A stretch of 64,000 bases of DNA from an uncultured bacterium. Lineage in GTDB: Bacteria > Bacillota > Clostridia > Oscillospirales > Oscillospiraceae. Below are positions 46,017 to 55,984 of the stretch, one piece after another. The stretch is from contig CASFCW010000031.1 of assembly GCA_949293165.1 (NCBI GenBank), forward strand, positions 2,168 through 66,167, read 5' to 3'. The notes beneath the pieces are model-generated. The model saw only the letters and a list, made by a program, of their open reading frames with translations, made no database searches and had not been told where the DNA came from. Within the stretch, counting starts at the first letter, position 1, and each line of letters starts with the position of its first letter. Made by a program: the position numbers and the translations under genes.

Positions 46017-46767
46017 CGCCCTGCTTCGCCGCCTGCTCCCCCCGGTCCTCTGGCTGGGGGTGTGGCAGGCGTGCGCCTTTGCCGTGGATCTCTGGGTGGC
46101 GGGACGGGGAAATGAGCTGCTGCTCCCCTACCCGTTCACCGTGGCCTGTGCCCTGGCTGAGCTGGCACTCACGCCCCGTTTCTGGGAGACGGTGCTGCTC
46201 TCCCTGTGCCGGGTCTTTGCCGGCGCGGCGGCAGGCGGTCTGGCAGGCGTCCTGCTGGCCTGGGCCGCCTTCTGCTCCCCCCGGCTGAAGGATATTTTCG
46301 CCCCAGCGATCCGTGTGATCCGGGCCACGCCGGTGGCCTCCTTCATCCTTTTGCTCCTGCTGTGGACCCGCCGGGGCTTTGTCCCGGCCATTATGGCCGG
46401 TCTGATGGTGCTGCCTATTGTGTGGGAGAACCTCATCCAGGGGCTGAGGCAAGCGGATTCCCAGCTGCTGGAGCTGGCCCAGGCCTACCGCTTTTCCACC
46501 TGGCAGCGGCTGCGCCTGATTTACATCCCCACCGCCCTGCCCTATTTCCGCTCCGCCCTTCTGTCCGGGATTGGCCTGGGATGGAAGGCCGGCGTGGCCG
46601 CCGAGGTGCTGTGCCTCCCCCGGCCTGGCATGGGGACAGAGATTTATAACGCCAAGCTGTATCTGGAAATCCCGGATCTGTTCGCCTGGACGGCGGCGGT
46701 GGTGGCGCTCAGCCTCCTGATGGAGTGGCTGCTGGCCCGCCTGCTGGGCGGGAAGGAGGGCAAATGA
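46006..46767 (+). CDS. ABC transporter permease (SsuC/TauC-like)
   Basis: [10 protein letters not shown]; EAA-like LLELAQAY; [11 protein letters not shown]. Confidence 0.88.
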   Translation: MRADALLRRLLPPVLWLGVWQACAFAVDLWVAGRGNELLLPYPFTVACALAELALTPRFWETVLLSLCRVFAGAAAGGLAGVLLAWAAFCSPRLKDIFAPAIRVIRATPVASFILLLLLWTRRGFVPAIMAGLMVLPIVWENLIQGLRQADSQLLELAQAYRFSTWQRLRLIYIPTALPYFRSALLSGIGLGWKAGVAAEVLCLPRPGMGTEIYNAKLYLEIPDLFAWTAAVVALSLLMEWLLARLLGGKEGK

Positions 46768-47363
46768 ACCTGTCTCATCTCACCGTCTCTTTTGGGGAGA
46801 AAGCGGTGCTGCGGGATTTCTCTCTCACCCTTCCCGACAAGGGGATCACCGCCCTCACCGGCCCCTCCGGCTGCGGCAAGACCACCCTGCTCCGGGCCAT
46901 CGCCGGCCTGGTCCCTCTGAAAAACGGTTCAATAGACGGCCCCTCCCCCCGGGAAACAGCGATTCTGTTCCAGGAAAACCGCCTGTTCCCCCAGCGTACC
47001 GTGATCCAGCATCTTACCGACGTGCTTCCCAAGGCCCGTTGGGGGGAGGCCATGTCCTGGCTGGAACTGGCCGGCCTGGAAGGGGAGGCCCATTCCTACC
47101 CCTCCGCCCTGTCCGGCGGCATGGGCAGGCGCCTGGCCCTGGTGCGCGCCCTGGCCCTGGGCGGGGAACTGTACCTGCTGGACGAGCCCTTTACCGGGGT
47201 GGACACTCCCCGTATCCGCACCCTCATGTCCGCTATCGCCGCCCTGGGCCAGCCGGTGCTGCTCTCCAGCCATCAGCCGGAGGTGCTGGCCCTGGCCCAC
47301 CAGGTAATCCGCCTGGACGGGCCGCCGCTGACCGTGGTGAGCCAGGCGGCCGAGATTGAATAA
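46764..47363 (+). CDS. ABC transporter ATPase (SsuB-like, short)
   Basis: [32 protein letters not shown]. Confidence 0.9.
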   Translation: MNLSHLTVSFGEKAVLRDFSLTLPDKGITALTGPSGCGKTTLLRAIAGLVPLKNGSIDGPSPRETAILFQENRLFPQRTVIQHLTDVLPKARWGEAMSWLELAGLEGEAHSYPSALSGGMGRRLALVRALALGGELYLLDEPFTGVDTPRIRTLMSAIAALGQPVLLSSHQPEVLALAHQVIRLDGPPLTVVSQAAEIE

Positions 47364-47387
47364 TTTTGCTCTTTTTACAGGGGCGGC

Positions 47388-47416
47388 TTGCATTTTCTTT
47401 CTTTATGCAGTATGAT
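47388..47416 (+). promoter_or_regulatory. Sigma-A promoter candidate upstream of the AgcS symporter
   Basis: TTGCAT-17bp-TATGAT. Confidence 0.6.
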
Positions 47417-47429
47417 AAAGTACAACCGC

Positions 47430-47469
47430 ATCCCGGCCGGGCTTGTGTGTGCCCGGCCGGGATTTTTTT
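47430..47469 (+). terminator. Terminator-like hairpin between the promoter candidate and the agcS RBS
   Basis: atcccggccgggc/gcccggccgggat followed by a T-run, directly before AGGAGG. Confidence 0.7.
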
Positions 47470-47482
47470 AGGAGGTATGTAA

Positions 47483-48856
47483 ATGCTGGAATTGATCCAA
47501 ACCGTTAACTCTGCGGTAAACGGCGTCGTGTGGGGCCCCTTCATGCTGGCTCTGCTGGTGGGCACGGGAATCTACCTCACCGTCCGCTGCGGCGTGCTCC
47601 AGGCCCGCCGGTTCCCCTATATCATGAAAAATACCCTCGGCTCCCTGTTTGCCAAAAAAGGGAACACCCAAAGCAGTGAGCACAATCTCACCCCCTTCCA
47701 GGCGGTGTCTACCGCACTGGCAGGCACCGTGGGTACCGGCAACATCGCCGGCGTTACCGGCGCCATCTTCACCGGCGGCCCCGGCGCCGTGTTCTGGATG
47801 TGGGTGTCCGCCTTCTTCGGCATGATGACCAAGTATGCCGAGATCGTACTGGCGGTGGAGTACCGCCAGGTGGATCAGAAGGGCGCCCATTTCGGCGGCC
47901 CCATGTACTACATTGAAAAGGGCGCCGGCCTGAAATGGCTGGCCTGCCTGTTCGCCCTGCTGGGCGGCCTGGCCTGCTTCGGCATCGGCAACATCGCCCA
48001 GTCTACAGAGATTGCCGGCGCCATGGAGTCCCTGGTGGGCCTGCCCCCCCTGTATACGGGCATCATCCTGGCGGTGCTCACCGCCGTGGTGCTGCTGGGC
48101 GGCGTCAAGCGGATCGGCCAGGTGGCCTCCTATCTGGTACCCTTCATGGCTCTGTTCTACATTGCCGCCGGCGTGGCTGTCATCCTGCTGCGGATCAACC
48201 ACATCCCCGATGTGCTGGCGTCCATCTTCCGGGAGGCCTTCAGCTTTGAGGCTGTGGGCGGCGGCGTGTTTGGCTACACCATCATGCTTGCCATGCAGCA
48301 GGGCTTTGCCCGTGGCGTGTTCTCCAACGAGGCCGGCCTGGGCTCCGCCCCCATCGCACACGCCGCCTCCGACACCAAGGAGCCGGTGGAGCAGGGCATG
48401 TGGGGCGTGTTTGAGGTGTTCGTGGACACCATCGTCATCTGCACCCTAACCGCCATGGCGGTGCTGCTGTCCGGCGTGTTGGAATATGACCTGAGCGACT
48501 TCGCCTCCAACGGCGCCGCGGCGGCCGCGGCCTTCAACGCCATCCTCCCCGGCACCATTGGCGGCACCGTGCTGCAAATCAGCCTTCTGTTCTTCGCGCT
48601 GTCCACCATTCTGGGCTGGAGCTACTACGGCCAGCGCTGCTGGGGCTACCTCACCAACAACAACCCTGTGGTAGAGGTTTTGTTCAAGGTCATCTTCATC
48701 CTGGTGTGCATCGCCGGCGCCATGGGGTCCGGCGAGCTGATGTGGAGCATCTCCGACACCCTCAACGGCATGATGGCCATTCCCAACCTCATCGGGCTGC
48801 TGCTGCTGTCCGGCACGGTTGTGCGTCTGACCCGGGCCTATTTCTCCAAGCACTGA
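47483..48856 (+). CDS. Alanine/glycine:cation symporter (AgcS/AlsT family)
   Basis: STALAGTVGTGNIAGV, GGPGAVFWMW, GGPMYYI, RGVFSNEAGLGS, VDTIVICT, MAIPNLI. Confidence 0.94.
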   Translation: MLELIQTVNSAVNGVVWGPFMLALLVGTGIYLTVRCGVLQARRFPYIMKNTLGSLFAKKGNTQSSEHNLTPFQAVSTALAGTVGTGNIAGVTGAIFTGGPGAVFWMWVSAFFGMMTKYAEIVLAVEYRQVDQKGAHFGGPMYYIEKGAGLKWLACLFALLGGLACFGIGNIAQSTEIAGAMESLVGLPPLYTGIILAVLTAVVLLGGVKRIGQVASYLVPFMALFYIAAGVAVILLRINHIPDVLASIFREAFSFEAVGGGVFGYTIMLAMQQGFARGVFSNEAGLGSAPIAHAASDTKEPVEQGMWGVFEVFVDTIVICTLTAMAVLLSGVLEYDLSDFASNGAAAAAAFNAILPGTIGGTVLQISLLFFALSTILGWSYYGQRCWGYLTNNNPVVEVLFKVIFILVCIAGAMGSGELMWSISDTLNGMMAIPNLIGLLLLSGTVVRLTRAYFSKH

Positions 48857-48860
48857 GCCT

Positions 48861-48897
48861 GCGCCCCCTCCGGCCATGCCGGAGGGGGCGTTTCTCT
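48861..48897 (+). terminator. Intrinsic terminator after agcS
   Basis: cgccccctccggc-cat-gccggagggggcg followed by tttctct. Confidence 0.75.
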
Positions 48898-48931
48898 CCC
48901 CGTCCTTTTCCCGGGTTTTTGAAAAATTCCC

Positions 48932-48960
48932 TTGCATTCCAGTGCGGGGTGTGCTATAGT
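48932..48960 (+). promoter_or_regulatory. Sigma-A promoter of the rimP-nusA-infB operon
   Basis: TTGCAT-17bp-TATAGT with TGn extension. Confidence 0.7.
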
Positions 48961-48990
48961 GTAGGAGTAATGTATGGTAGTATTGGCTAG

Positions 48991-49020
48991 AGAGTGGAGC
49001 TTCGGCTTCACTCTTTTTCT
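48991..49020 (+). terminator. Leader attenuator of the rimP-nusA operon
   Basis: agagtggagc-TTCG-gcttcactct plus an interrupted T-tract, between promoter and rimP. Confidence 0.75.
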
Positions 49021-49073
49021 TGGGGCAGGCCCGGCGCGCCGCCGTCCGCCCCGCATGTAAGGGAGGAATCGAA

Positions 49074-49529
49074 ATGGCAAAGGTAACCGATGTGGTGTCC
49101 GGCCTGGCCAAGCCCTATGTAGAGGCCGCCGGCTGCTCCCTTTGGGACGTGGAATACGTCAAGGAAGCGGGCGAGTGGTTCCTGCGGGTCTACATTGACA
49201 AGGCGGACGGCGTATCCATCAACGACTGCGAGGCGGTCTCCCGTCCCCTGTCCGACGCCCTGGACGAGGCCGACCCCATTGAGGGCTCCTACACCTTTGA
49301 GGTGTCCTCCGCCGGCGCCGACCGGGTGCTGAAAAAGCCGGAGCACTTCGCCCAGTTTATGGACAGCGAGGTGGAGGTTCGGCTGTACCGCCCCCGGGAC
49401 GGCCGGAAGGACTTTGTGGGGCTGCTGCGCCGCTGGCAGGACGGAGACCTGACCCTGGAAGTCGGCGGCTCCCCCATGGATTTTGAGAAGAAGGAAGTGG
49501 CTCAGGTGCGGCTCTATCCCCGCTTCTGA
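49074..49529 (+). CDS. rimP: Ribosome maturation factor RimP
   Basis: LWDVEYVKE, LRVYIDK, DCEAVSR, YTFEVSSAGADRVL. Confidence 0.95.
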   Translation: MAKVTDVVSGLAKPYVEAAGCSLWDVEYVKEAGEWFLRVYIDKADGVSINDCEAVSRPLSDALDEADPIEGSYTFEVSSAGADRVLKKPEHFAQFMDSEVEVRLYRPRDGRKDFVGLLRRWQDGDLTLEVGGSPMDFEKKEVAQVRLYPRF

Positions 49530-49554
49530 ACCCAGCAGACAGGAGGAAATTGAC

Positions 49555-50733
49555 GTGGCTAAGAGAACGACGAAAAAGGTCAATAATACCGAGCTGGACG
49601 GCCAGGAATTTTTCGCCGCCATCGCTCAGATCGAACAGGAAAAGGGCATCAAGCCCGGCTATATGATGGAAAAGATCACCCAGGCCCTGGTGTCTGCCTA
49701 CCGGCGGGATCATGAGGGTGTGGGCGACAACCTTGTGGTGGAGGCCAACCCCGAGACCAACTCCGTGCGGATGTTCCTGAAAAAGGACGTGGTGGAGGTG
49801 GTGGATAATCCGGGCACCGAAATCAGCCTGGATGAAGCCCGGGCCGCTCTGCCCCGCGCCCAGCTGGGCGATGTTGTCCGCATCGAGGTCAAGCCCAAGA
49901 GCTTCGGCCGCATCGCCGCCCAGACCGCCCGCCAGGTCATCATCCAGGGCATCCGCGAGGCGGAGCAGGGCATGGTGTACGACGAGTTCTGCGGCAAGGA
50001 GCACGAGCTGATTACCGGCTCTGTCACCCGCATCGACCCCCGCACCGGCTCCGTCACCCTGCGCCTGCACTCCGGCTCTGAGTTTACCGACGCCTATTTG
50101 GGCACCAACGAGCAGGTAAAGGGCGAAACCTATGTGGAGGGCCAGCGGCTGAAGGTGTATGTGGTTGAGGTCCGCAAGGCCACCAAGGGCCCCCAGGTGC
50201 TCATTTCCCGCACCCATCCCGGCCTGGTCAAGCGGATGTTTGAGATGGAGGTGCCGGAGATCTACGACGGCACCGTGGAGATCCGCTCCATCGCCCGGGA
50301 GGCCGGTTCCCGCACCAAGCTGGCGGTGTGGTCCGCCGACCCCAATGTGGACGCCATCGGCGCCTGTGTGGGTCCCCGTGGCCAGCGGGTCAACACCATT
50401 GTGGAGGAATTAAAGGGCGAGAAGATGGATATTATCAAGTATTCTGAGGACCCCGCCCAGTATATCGCCGCCGCCCTGGCTCCCGCCGACGTCATCAGCG
50501 TGGAGCCCCTCCCCGACGGAAAGAGCTGCCGGGTGGTGGTGCCGGACGACCAGCTCTCCCTGGCCATCGGCAAGGAGGGCCAAAACGCCCGTCTGGCCGC
50601 CAAGCTCACCGGCTACAAGATCGACATCAAGCCCGCCTCCGCTCCTCTGGAGCCCATTGCGGCTGAGGAGGACGCCCTTTTTGAACAGGAGGAGGTTCAG
50701 GAGGAGGCCCAGTCTCAGGAAACTGAGGACTAA
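49555..50733 (+). CDS. nusA: Transcription termination factor NusA
   Basis: GTG start after GGAGG; [57 protein letters not shown]. Confidence 0.97.
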   Translation: MAKRTTKKVNNTELDGQEFFAAIAQIEQEKGIKPGYMMEKITQALVSAYRRDHEGVGDNLVVEANPETNSVRMFLKKDVVEVVDNPGTEISLDEARAALPRAQLGDVVRIEVKPKSFGRIAAQTARQVIIQGIREAEQGMVYDEFCGKEHELITGSVTRIDPRTGSVTLRLHSGSEFTDAYLGTNEQVKGETYVEGQRLKVYVVEVRKATKGPQVLISRTHPGLVKRMFEMEVPEIYDGTVEIRSIAREAGSRTKLAVWSADPNVDAIGACVGPRGQRVNTIVEELKGEKMDIIKYSEDPAQYIAAALAPADVISVEPLPDGKSCRVVVPDDQLSLAIGKEGQNARLAAKLTGYKIDIKPASAPLEPIAAEEDALFEQEEVQEEAQSQETED

Positions 50734-50776
50734 AGGGCCGTTCCAGACGATACTGCAATAAAGCGGGGTGACGTTT

Positions 50777-51055
50777 ATGCCCAAGAAAATACCCATGCGC
50801 CAGTGTGTGGGCTGCCGGGAGATGAAGCCCAAACAGGAGCTGATCCGGGTGGTCAAATCCCCTGAGGGGACCGTCAGTCTGGACTTCCGGGGCAAGCTGC
50901 CCGGGCGGGGCGCCTACGTGTGCCCCAGCGCCGCCTGCCTGGCCAAGGCCAAAAAGTCCAGGGCGCTGGAGCGGGCCTTCTCAGCCCCCCTGCCTCCGGA
51001 GGTATATCAGGCTCTGGAAGAGCAGATGAAGGAGGTGCCTCAGGATGGCCAATGA
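50777..51055 (+). CDS. ylxR: YlxR family RNA-binding protein (RNase P modulator RnpM)
   Basis: [23 protein letters not shown]. Confidence 0.93.
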   Translation: MPKKIPMRQCVGCREMKPKQELIRVVKSPEGTVSLDFRGKLPGRGAYVCPSAACLAKAKKSRALERAFSAPLPPEVYQALEEQMKEVPQDGQ

Positions 51056-51635
51056 TCCCATTCTCCATCTGCTGGGTCTGGCCCGGAAGGCCGGGCGCCT
51101 GGAGATCGGCGAGGAACCGGTAGGGGCCGCGTGCCGGGCCAGGCACGCCAAGGTCATGCTCATCGCCGCCGACGCCGCCCCCAACACACGCCGCCGGGCG
51201 GCCCATTTTGGGGAGGCCGGAAATGTGCTGTGGCTGGAGCTGCCCTACACCAAGGCCCAGCTGGGCTTTACTCTGGGCCGGAGCTCCTGTGCCATGCTGG
51301 CCCTCACTGATCCTGGCTTTGCCGCCTCCCTCACCGGGAAGCTGGCCGCCACGGACCCTGACCGGTATGGTCCCGCCGCCCAGCAGCTGCAGGTCAAGGC
51401 GGAGCGGGCCCTGCAGCGCCAGAAGGAACAGCGGCAGCACGAGAAAAACCGGAAAACCGGTAAGCCCTGGGTCGTTCCCCCCGCCAAGAGGGACGCCGCC
51501 CCCGCCAAAGCCGGCAAGGCAAAGGCCCCCCGTTCCAGCCAGCGGAAGCCCGGGCGGGGACTGGACGCCAGACCCGCCCGCCCTGCCATGGGCCGGAAAA
51601 AGCTGACCGGCGCCGTAAAAAAGAAACCCACCTGA
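51045..51635 (+). CDS. L7Ae/YlxQ family RNA-binding protein with long basic C-terminal extension
   Basis: LLGLARKAGRLEIG, IAADA, LG..LGR...AMLALTDPGFA; position between ylxR and infB. Confidence 0.85.
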   Translation: MANDPILHLLGLARKAGRLEIGEEPVGAACRARHAKVMLIAADAAPNTRRRAAHFGEAGNVLWLELPYTKAQLGFTLGRSSCAMLALTDPGFAASLTGKLAATDPDRYGPAAQQLQVKAERALQRQKEQRQHEKNRKTGKPWVVPPAKRDAAPAKAGKAKAPRSSQRKPGRGLDARPARPAMGRKKLTGAVKKKPT

Positions 51636-51691
51636 CCTCCGGGTCAGATCCTTTCCGCCAACTATCCTAAGAAATGAGGTGGCTCCCGAAT

Positions 51692-54061
51692 ATGCTGACA
51701 AAATATCCCATTCATAAGGTTGCCAAGGATTTTAAAAAGGGCTCCAAGGAGATTCCCTCCAAGGAGATCATGGACATTCTGACCCAGTACGGTCACCCCC
51801 CCAAGAACCATATGCAGCCCCTCTCCGACGAGGAGCTGGCCATTGTGTTCGACTATCTGACCCAGCACAACCAGCTGGACTCTCTGGAGTCTGTGTTTGC
51901 CGAGGTCTATCATGAGCCCAAGGCCCAGGCCGCCGAAGCCCCCAAGGCTCAGCAGCAGCCTGCCGCCAAGCAGGCCGGCAAAGGCCAGCAGCAGCCCGCC
52001 AAGGTTCAGCAGGGCCAGCAGCAGCCCGCCAAGGCTCAGCAGAGCCAGCAGCAGGCTTCCGCCCCCTCCTCCCGCGTCCCCGCCAAGAAGGTGGTGGATA
52101 CCCGGGGCAGCGGCGCAGTCAACCTGGATAAGTACGACGAGCGGCTGGAGTCCTTCACCTCCGAGCGTCAGACCCAGGGCGGCGGCAAGCAGAAGTTCCA
52201 GAACCGGGGCGGCCAGCGCCAGCGTGGCCGCCAGCAGGGTCCCGGCAACAAGCGCAAGCAGGAGGAGCAGGATCGTCTCCGCCGCCTGCAGCTGGAGATT
52301 GCCAAGAAGGCCCCTGTGAAGGTGCTCATCCCCGACGAAATCTCCGTGGGCGAGCTGGCCTCCCGGATGAAAAAGACAGGCGCCGAGGTGGTCAAGACCC
52401 TGATTAAAAACGGCGTCATGGCCTCTCTCAGCGATGTGATCGACTTCGACACCGCCGCCATCATCGCCGAGGAGATGGGCTGCAAGGTGGAGAAGGAAGT
52501 GGTGGTCACCATTGAGGAGCGCCTCATCGACACCACTGAGGACAAGGAGGAGGATCTGGTGCCCCGCGCCCCCGTGGTGGTGGTTATGGGCCACGTTGAC
52601 CACGGCAAGACCTCCCTGCTGGACTACATCCGCCACGCCAACGTGGTCTCCGGCGAGGCCGGCGGCATCACCCAGCACATCGGCGCTTACCAGGTGGATG
52701 TGAACGGCAGCCCCGTCACCTTCCTGGACACCCCCGGCCACGAGGCATTTACCGCCATGCGCGCCCGCGGCGCCATGGTCACTGACGTAGCCATCCTGGT
52801 GGTGGCTGCCGACGACGGCATCATGCCCCAGACGGTGGAATCCATCAACCACGCCAAGGCGGCGGAAATTCCCATCATTGTGGCCATCAATAAGATGGAT
52901 AAGCCCACCGCCAATCCCGACCGGATCATGCAGCAGCTGACGGAGTATGAGCTGGTGCCTGAGGAGTGGGGCGGCGACACCATTATCTGCCCCATCTCCG
53001 CCAAGACCGGCATGGGCATCGACAATCTGCTGGACATGGTTGTGCTCACCGCTGAAATGCGGGAGCTGAAGGCCAACCCCAACCGCTCCGCCCACGGCGC
53101 GGTGATTGAGGCCCGGCTGGACAAGGGCCGCGGCCCTGTGGCCACCCTGCTGGTGCAGAACGGCACCCTGAAGCAGGGCGACGTGATTATCGCCGGCACC
53201 GCCGTGGGCCGCGTCCGCGCCATGACCAACGACAAGGGCCAGAAGGTCACCGAGGCCGGTCCCTCCGTCCCCGTGGAGATCATCGGCATGGGCGAGGTGC
53301 CCGGCGCCGGCGACGACTTCCACGCTGTGGCCGACGAGCGCATGGCCCGTGAGCTGGTGGAGCAGCGCAAGCACGAGCAGAAGAACGCCCTGGGCAGCAA
53401 TGTGGGCAAGGTCACCCTGGAGGACCTGTTCAGCCAGATCCAGGCCGGCGAGATGAAGACGCTGAACGTCATTGTCAAGGCCGACGTCCAGGGCTCCGCC
53501 GAGGCGGTGAAGGCCTCCCTGGAGAAGATCTCCAACGATGAGGTCCGGGTGCGGGTCATCCACTGCGCCGTTGGCGCCATCAGCGAAAGCGATGTCATGC
53601 TGGCCGCCACCTCCGGCGCCATCATCGTGGGCTTCAACGTCCGGCCCGACGCCAACGCCAAGGACACCGCCGCCCGCACCAACGTGGATATGCGGATGTA
53701 CCGGGTGATTTACGACGCCATCAACGAGATCGAGGCCGCCATGAAGGGCATGCTGGCTCCCAAGTTCAAGGAAGTGGAGCTGGGCCGCGCCGAGGTCCGC
53801 AACGTGTTCCGCATCACCGGCGTGGGTATGGTGGCCGGCTGCTACGTGCTGGACGGCAAGATGCAGCGGGGCGCCCAGATGCGTCTGCTCCGGGACAACA
53901 TCGTCATTTACGACGGCTCCATCGCCTCCCTCCAGCGCTTCAAGGACAGCGTGAAGGAGGTCGCCGCCGGCTACGAGTGCGGCATCACCTTTGAAAAGTT
54001 CCAGGATATCAAGGAGGGCGATGTGATCGAGGCCTTCCTGATGGAGCAGATTGAAGTGTGA
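51692..54061 (+). CDS. infB: Translation initiation factor IF-2
   Basis: [44 protein letters not shown]. Confidence 0.98.
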   Translation: MLTKYPIHKVAKDFKKGSKEIPSKEIMDILTQYGHPPKNHMQPLSDEELAIVFDYLTQHNQLDSLESVFAEVYHEPKAQAAEAPKAQQQPAAKQAGKGQQQPAKVQQGQQQPAKAQQSQQQASAPSSRVPAKKVVDTRGSGAVNLDKYDERLESFTSERQTQGGGKQKFQNRGGQRQRGRQQGPGNKRKQEEQDRLRRLQLEIAKKAPVKVLIPDEISVGELASRMKKTGAEVVKTLIKNGVMASLSDVIDFDTAAIIAEEMGCKVEKEVVVTIEERLIDTTEDKEEDLVPRAPVVVVMGHVDHGKTSLLDYIRHANVVSGEAGGITQHIGAYQVDVNGSPVTFLDTPGHEAFTAMRARGAMVTDVAILVVAADDGIMPQTVESINHAKAAEIPIIVAINKMDKPTANPDRIMQQLTEYELVPEEWGGDTIICPISAKTGMGIDNLLDMVVLTAEMRELKANPNRSAHGAVIEARLDKGRGPVATLLVQNGTLKQGDVIIAGTAVGRVRAMTNDKGQKVTEAGPSVPVEIIGMGEVPGAGDDFHAVADERMARELVEQRKHEQKNALGSNVGKVTLEDLFSQIQAGEMKTLNVIVKADVQGSAEAVKASLEKISNDEVRVRVIHCAVGAISESDVMLAATSGAIIVGFNVRPDANAKDTAARTNVDMRMYRVIYDAINEIEAAMKGMLAPKFKEVELGRAEVRNVFRITGVGMVAGCYVLDGKMQRGAQMRLLRDNIVIYDGSIASLQRFKDSVKEVAAGYECGITFEKFQDIKEGDVIEAFLMEQIEV
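51983..52054 (+). repeat. 30-nt tandem repeat (about 2.4 copies; GQQQPAKxQQ) in the IF-2 N-domain
   Basis: ggccagcagcagcccgccaaggytcagcag at 51983 and 52013, with a partial third copy. Confidence 0.8.
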
Positions 54062-54091
54062 CGGAACCGGTTCCATCCCTTGTAAAACCCC

Positions 54092-54130
54092 AAAAGCAGG
54101 GCGGGCGTTTTCGCCCGTCCTGCTTTGCTT
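54092..54130 (+). terminator. Terminator-like hairpin after infB
   Basis: aaagcagggcgggcg-tttt-cgcccgtcctgcttt. Confidence 0.65.
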
Positions 54131-54158
54131 GATGATCGCCCTCAACAGGAGGTTCCCC

Positions 54159-54581
54159 ATGAGCAGCGTGATTCTTTTGGCCGCAGACCACCCCATGCCT
54201 TCCTACGATCCCGGGCTGCAGCGGGTTTCCGTCTCGGGAGGATATACCGTAACGGCGCCCGGCTTTTCCATCCAGCCCCATGTGTATTACCAGGACAGCG
54301 TGAACGCGCTGGCGCTGGACATGAAGCCGTACCGGTACGAACTGGACATCGCCGCCACAGACGAGGAAGCCGCCTTGCTCCGGGCCTATCTGGAGACCCA
54401 CTCTTTCCAGGGAGAACAGGTGGAGCTGTGGCACCTGTGGCTGGGAGACGACCGGCCGGCCCGGGTTCCCCGCTTCCACGGGCCGCTGTCCAGCCTGGAC
54501 CAGGAGACGCTGGATCAGCTCTGTAACCCCGCGTCCCAAAACGGCTGCCCCGGCCAATGCCGGATCACCGTTACCATCTGA
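54159..54581 (+). CDS. Hypothetical protein (140 aa) inserted between infB and rbfA
   Basis: AGGAGG RBS; fills the intergenic gap exactly; globular-looking sequence (VELWHLWLG); family not recognised. Confidence 0.68.
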   Translation: MSSVILLAADHPMPSYDPGLQRVSVSGGYTVTAPGFSIQPHVYYQDSVNALALDMKPYRYELDIAATDEEAALLRAYLETHSFQGEQVELWHLWLGDDRPARVPRFHGPLSSLDQETLDQLCNPASQNGCPGQCRITVTI

Positions 54582-54623
54582 ACCAGACCTTCGGGCAGTT
54601 TCAGCCCGGAAAGGAGACCAACT

Positions 54624-55016
54624 ATGGCAAGCAATCGTATCAGCCGGATCAACGAGGAAATCCAGCGGGAGCTGTCCTCCCTGATCCCCACGGTAAAAGA
54701 TCCCCGGGTCACCGGCATGATTTCGGTGACGGCGGTGGAAACCACCCCGGATCTGAAATACGCGAAGATATACGTCAGCGTGCTGGATAAATCCAACGAG
54801 GCCCAGGTGCTCAAGGGCCTGAAATCCGCCGGCGGCTACCTCCGCCGGGAGCTGGGCCGCACCCTGAACCTGCGGAACACCCCTCAGCTCTCTTTTGTCC
54901 CCGACGACTCCATCGACAAGGGCGCGCACATTCTTTCCATGCTCCGCAATCCGGAGATTGTCAAGCCGGTCAACCCGGACAACCACTACGGAGAGGACGA
55001 GGAGGAAGAAGTATGA
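54624..55016 (+). CDS. rbfA: 30S ribosome-binding factor RbfA
   Basis: RISRINEEIQRELS, KDPRV, DLKYAKIYVS, LRNTPQLSF. Confidence 0.97.
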   Translation: MASNRISRINEEIQRELSSLIPTVKDPRVTGMISVTAVETTPDLKYAKIYVSVLDKSNEAQVLKGLKSAGGYLRRELGRTLNLRNTPQLSFVPDDSIDKGAHILSMLRNPEIVKPVNPDNHYGEDEEEEV

Positions 55017-55972
55017 CGCTCACCCCTGCCCAGGCGGCCCAGCGGCTGTCCCAGATGGACGAGGTGCTCATCCTGACCCATGTCCGCCCCGACGGCGACA
55101 CGGTGGGCTGCGCCGCCGCCCTGTGCCGCACCCTGCGCCAGCTGGGGAAATCCGCCCATGTGCTGCCCAACCCGGAGCTTACCGCCCAGTACGCCCCCTA
55201 CCTGGAAGGGCTCGCCGCCCCCCAGGACTTCTGCCCCCGATTCGTGGTCTCGGTGGACATGGCCGCCCGGGGTCTGTTCCCCCAAAACGCCCTTTCCTGG
55301 GTGGAATCGGTGGATCTGGCCATTGACCACCACCCCTCTCAGGAGTTTTTCGCCAAGGAGACCTGCCTGGACGCCGGGCGGGCAGCCTGCGGCGAGCTGA
55401 TGTACGACATCCTCACCCAGATGGCGCCCCTCACCGTACCGGCGGCCACAGCCCTGTACGTAGCCATCTCCACCGACTGCGGCTGCTTTGCCTACGGCAA
55501 CACCACCCCCGGCACCCACCGGATTGCCGCGGAGCTGATGGAGCTGGGCATCCCCACCTTCCAGCTGAACAAGCGGCATTTCCAGACCAAAACCTTCGGC
55601 CGGCTGCGCCTGGAGTCCATGCTCACCCAGTCCCTGGAGCTGTATGACGGGGGGGAACTGGCTTTCGCCCTGGTCAGCCGGGAGATGCTGTCCCAGCCGG
55701 GCATCACCCAGGACGACGCGGAGGACATCTCCTCCTTCGTGGGCCAGGTGGAGGGCGTCAAGGCCGGAGCCACCCTGCGGGAGCTGGAGGACGGCCAGTG
55801 CAAGATCTCCCTGCGCACCGACCCCAACCTGCTCAACGCCAGCCAGGTCTGCGCCCTGCTGGGGGGCGGCGGCCATGCCGGAGCCTCCGGCGCCACCGTC
55901 GCCGGGGACCTCACCCAGGCCAAAACCGCCCTGCTCCGGGCCATCCGCCAGGTTCAGGGCCGGGAGGCATGA
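55013..55972 (+). CDS. nrnA: DHH family bifunctional oligoribonuclease / pAp phosphatase
   Basis: HVRPDGD, IDHH, STDCG, GGGHAGASG. Confidence 0.9.
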   Translation: MTLTPAQAAQRLSQMDEVLILTHVRPDGDTVGCAAALCRTLRQLGKSAHVLPNPELTAQYAPYLEGLAAPQDFCPRFVVSVDMAARGLFPQNALSWVESVDLAIDHHPSQEFFAKETCLDAGRAACGELMYDILTQMAPLTVPAATALYVAISTDCGCFAYGNTTPGTHRIAAELMELGIPTFQLNKRHFQTKTFGRLRLESMLTQSLELYDGGELAFALVSREMLSQPGITQDDAEDISSFVGQVEGVKAGATLRELEDGQCKISLRTDPNLLNASQVCALLGGGGHAGASGATVAGDLTQAKTALLRAIRQVQGREA

Positions 55973-55984
55973 CGGAGGGCAGGC

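Noticed and set aside
47363-47482. Glycine riboswitch upstream of the AgcS symporter
   Set aside because: The space is too short and the GGAGA/GAAGG aptamer motifs are absent.
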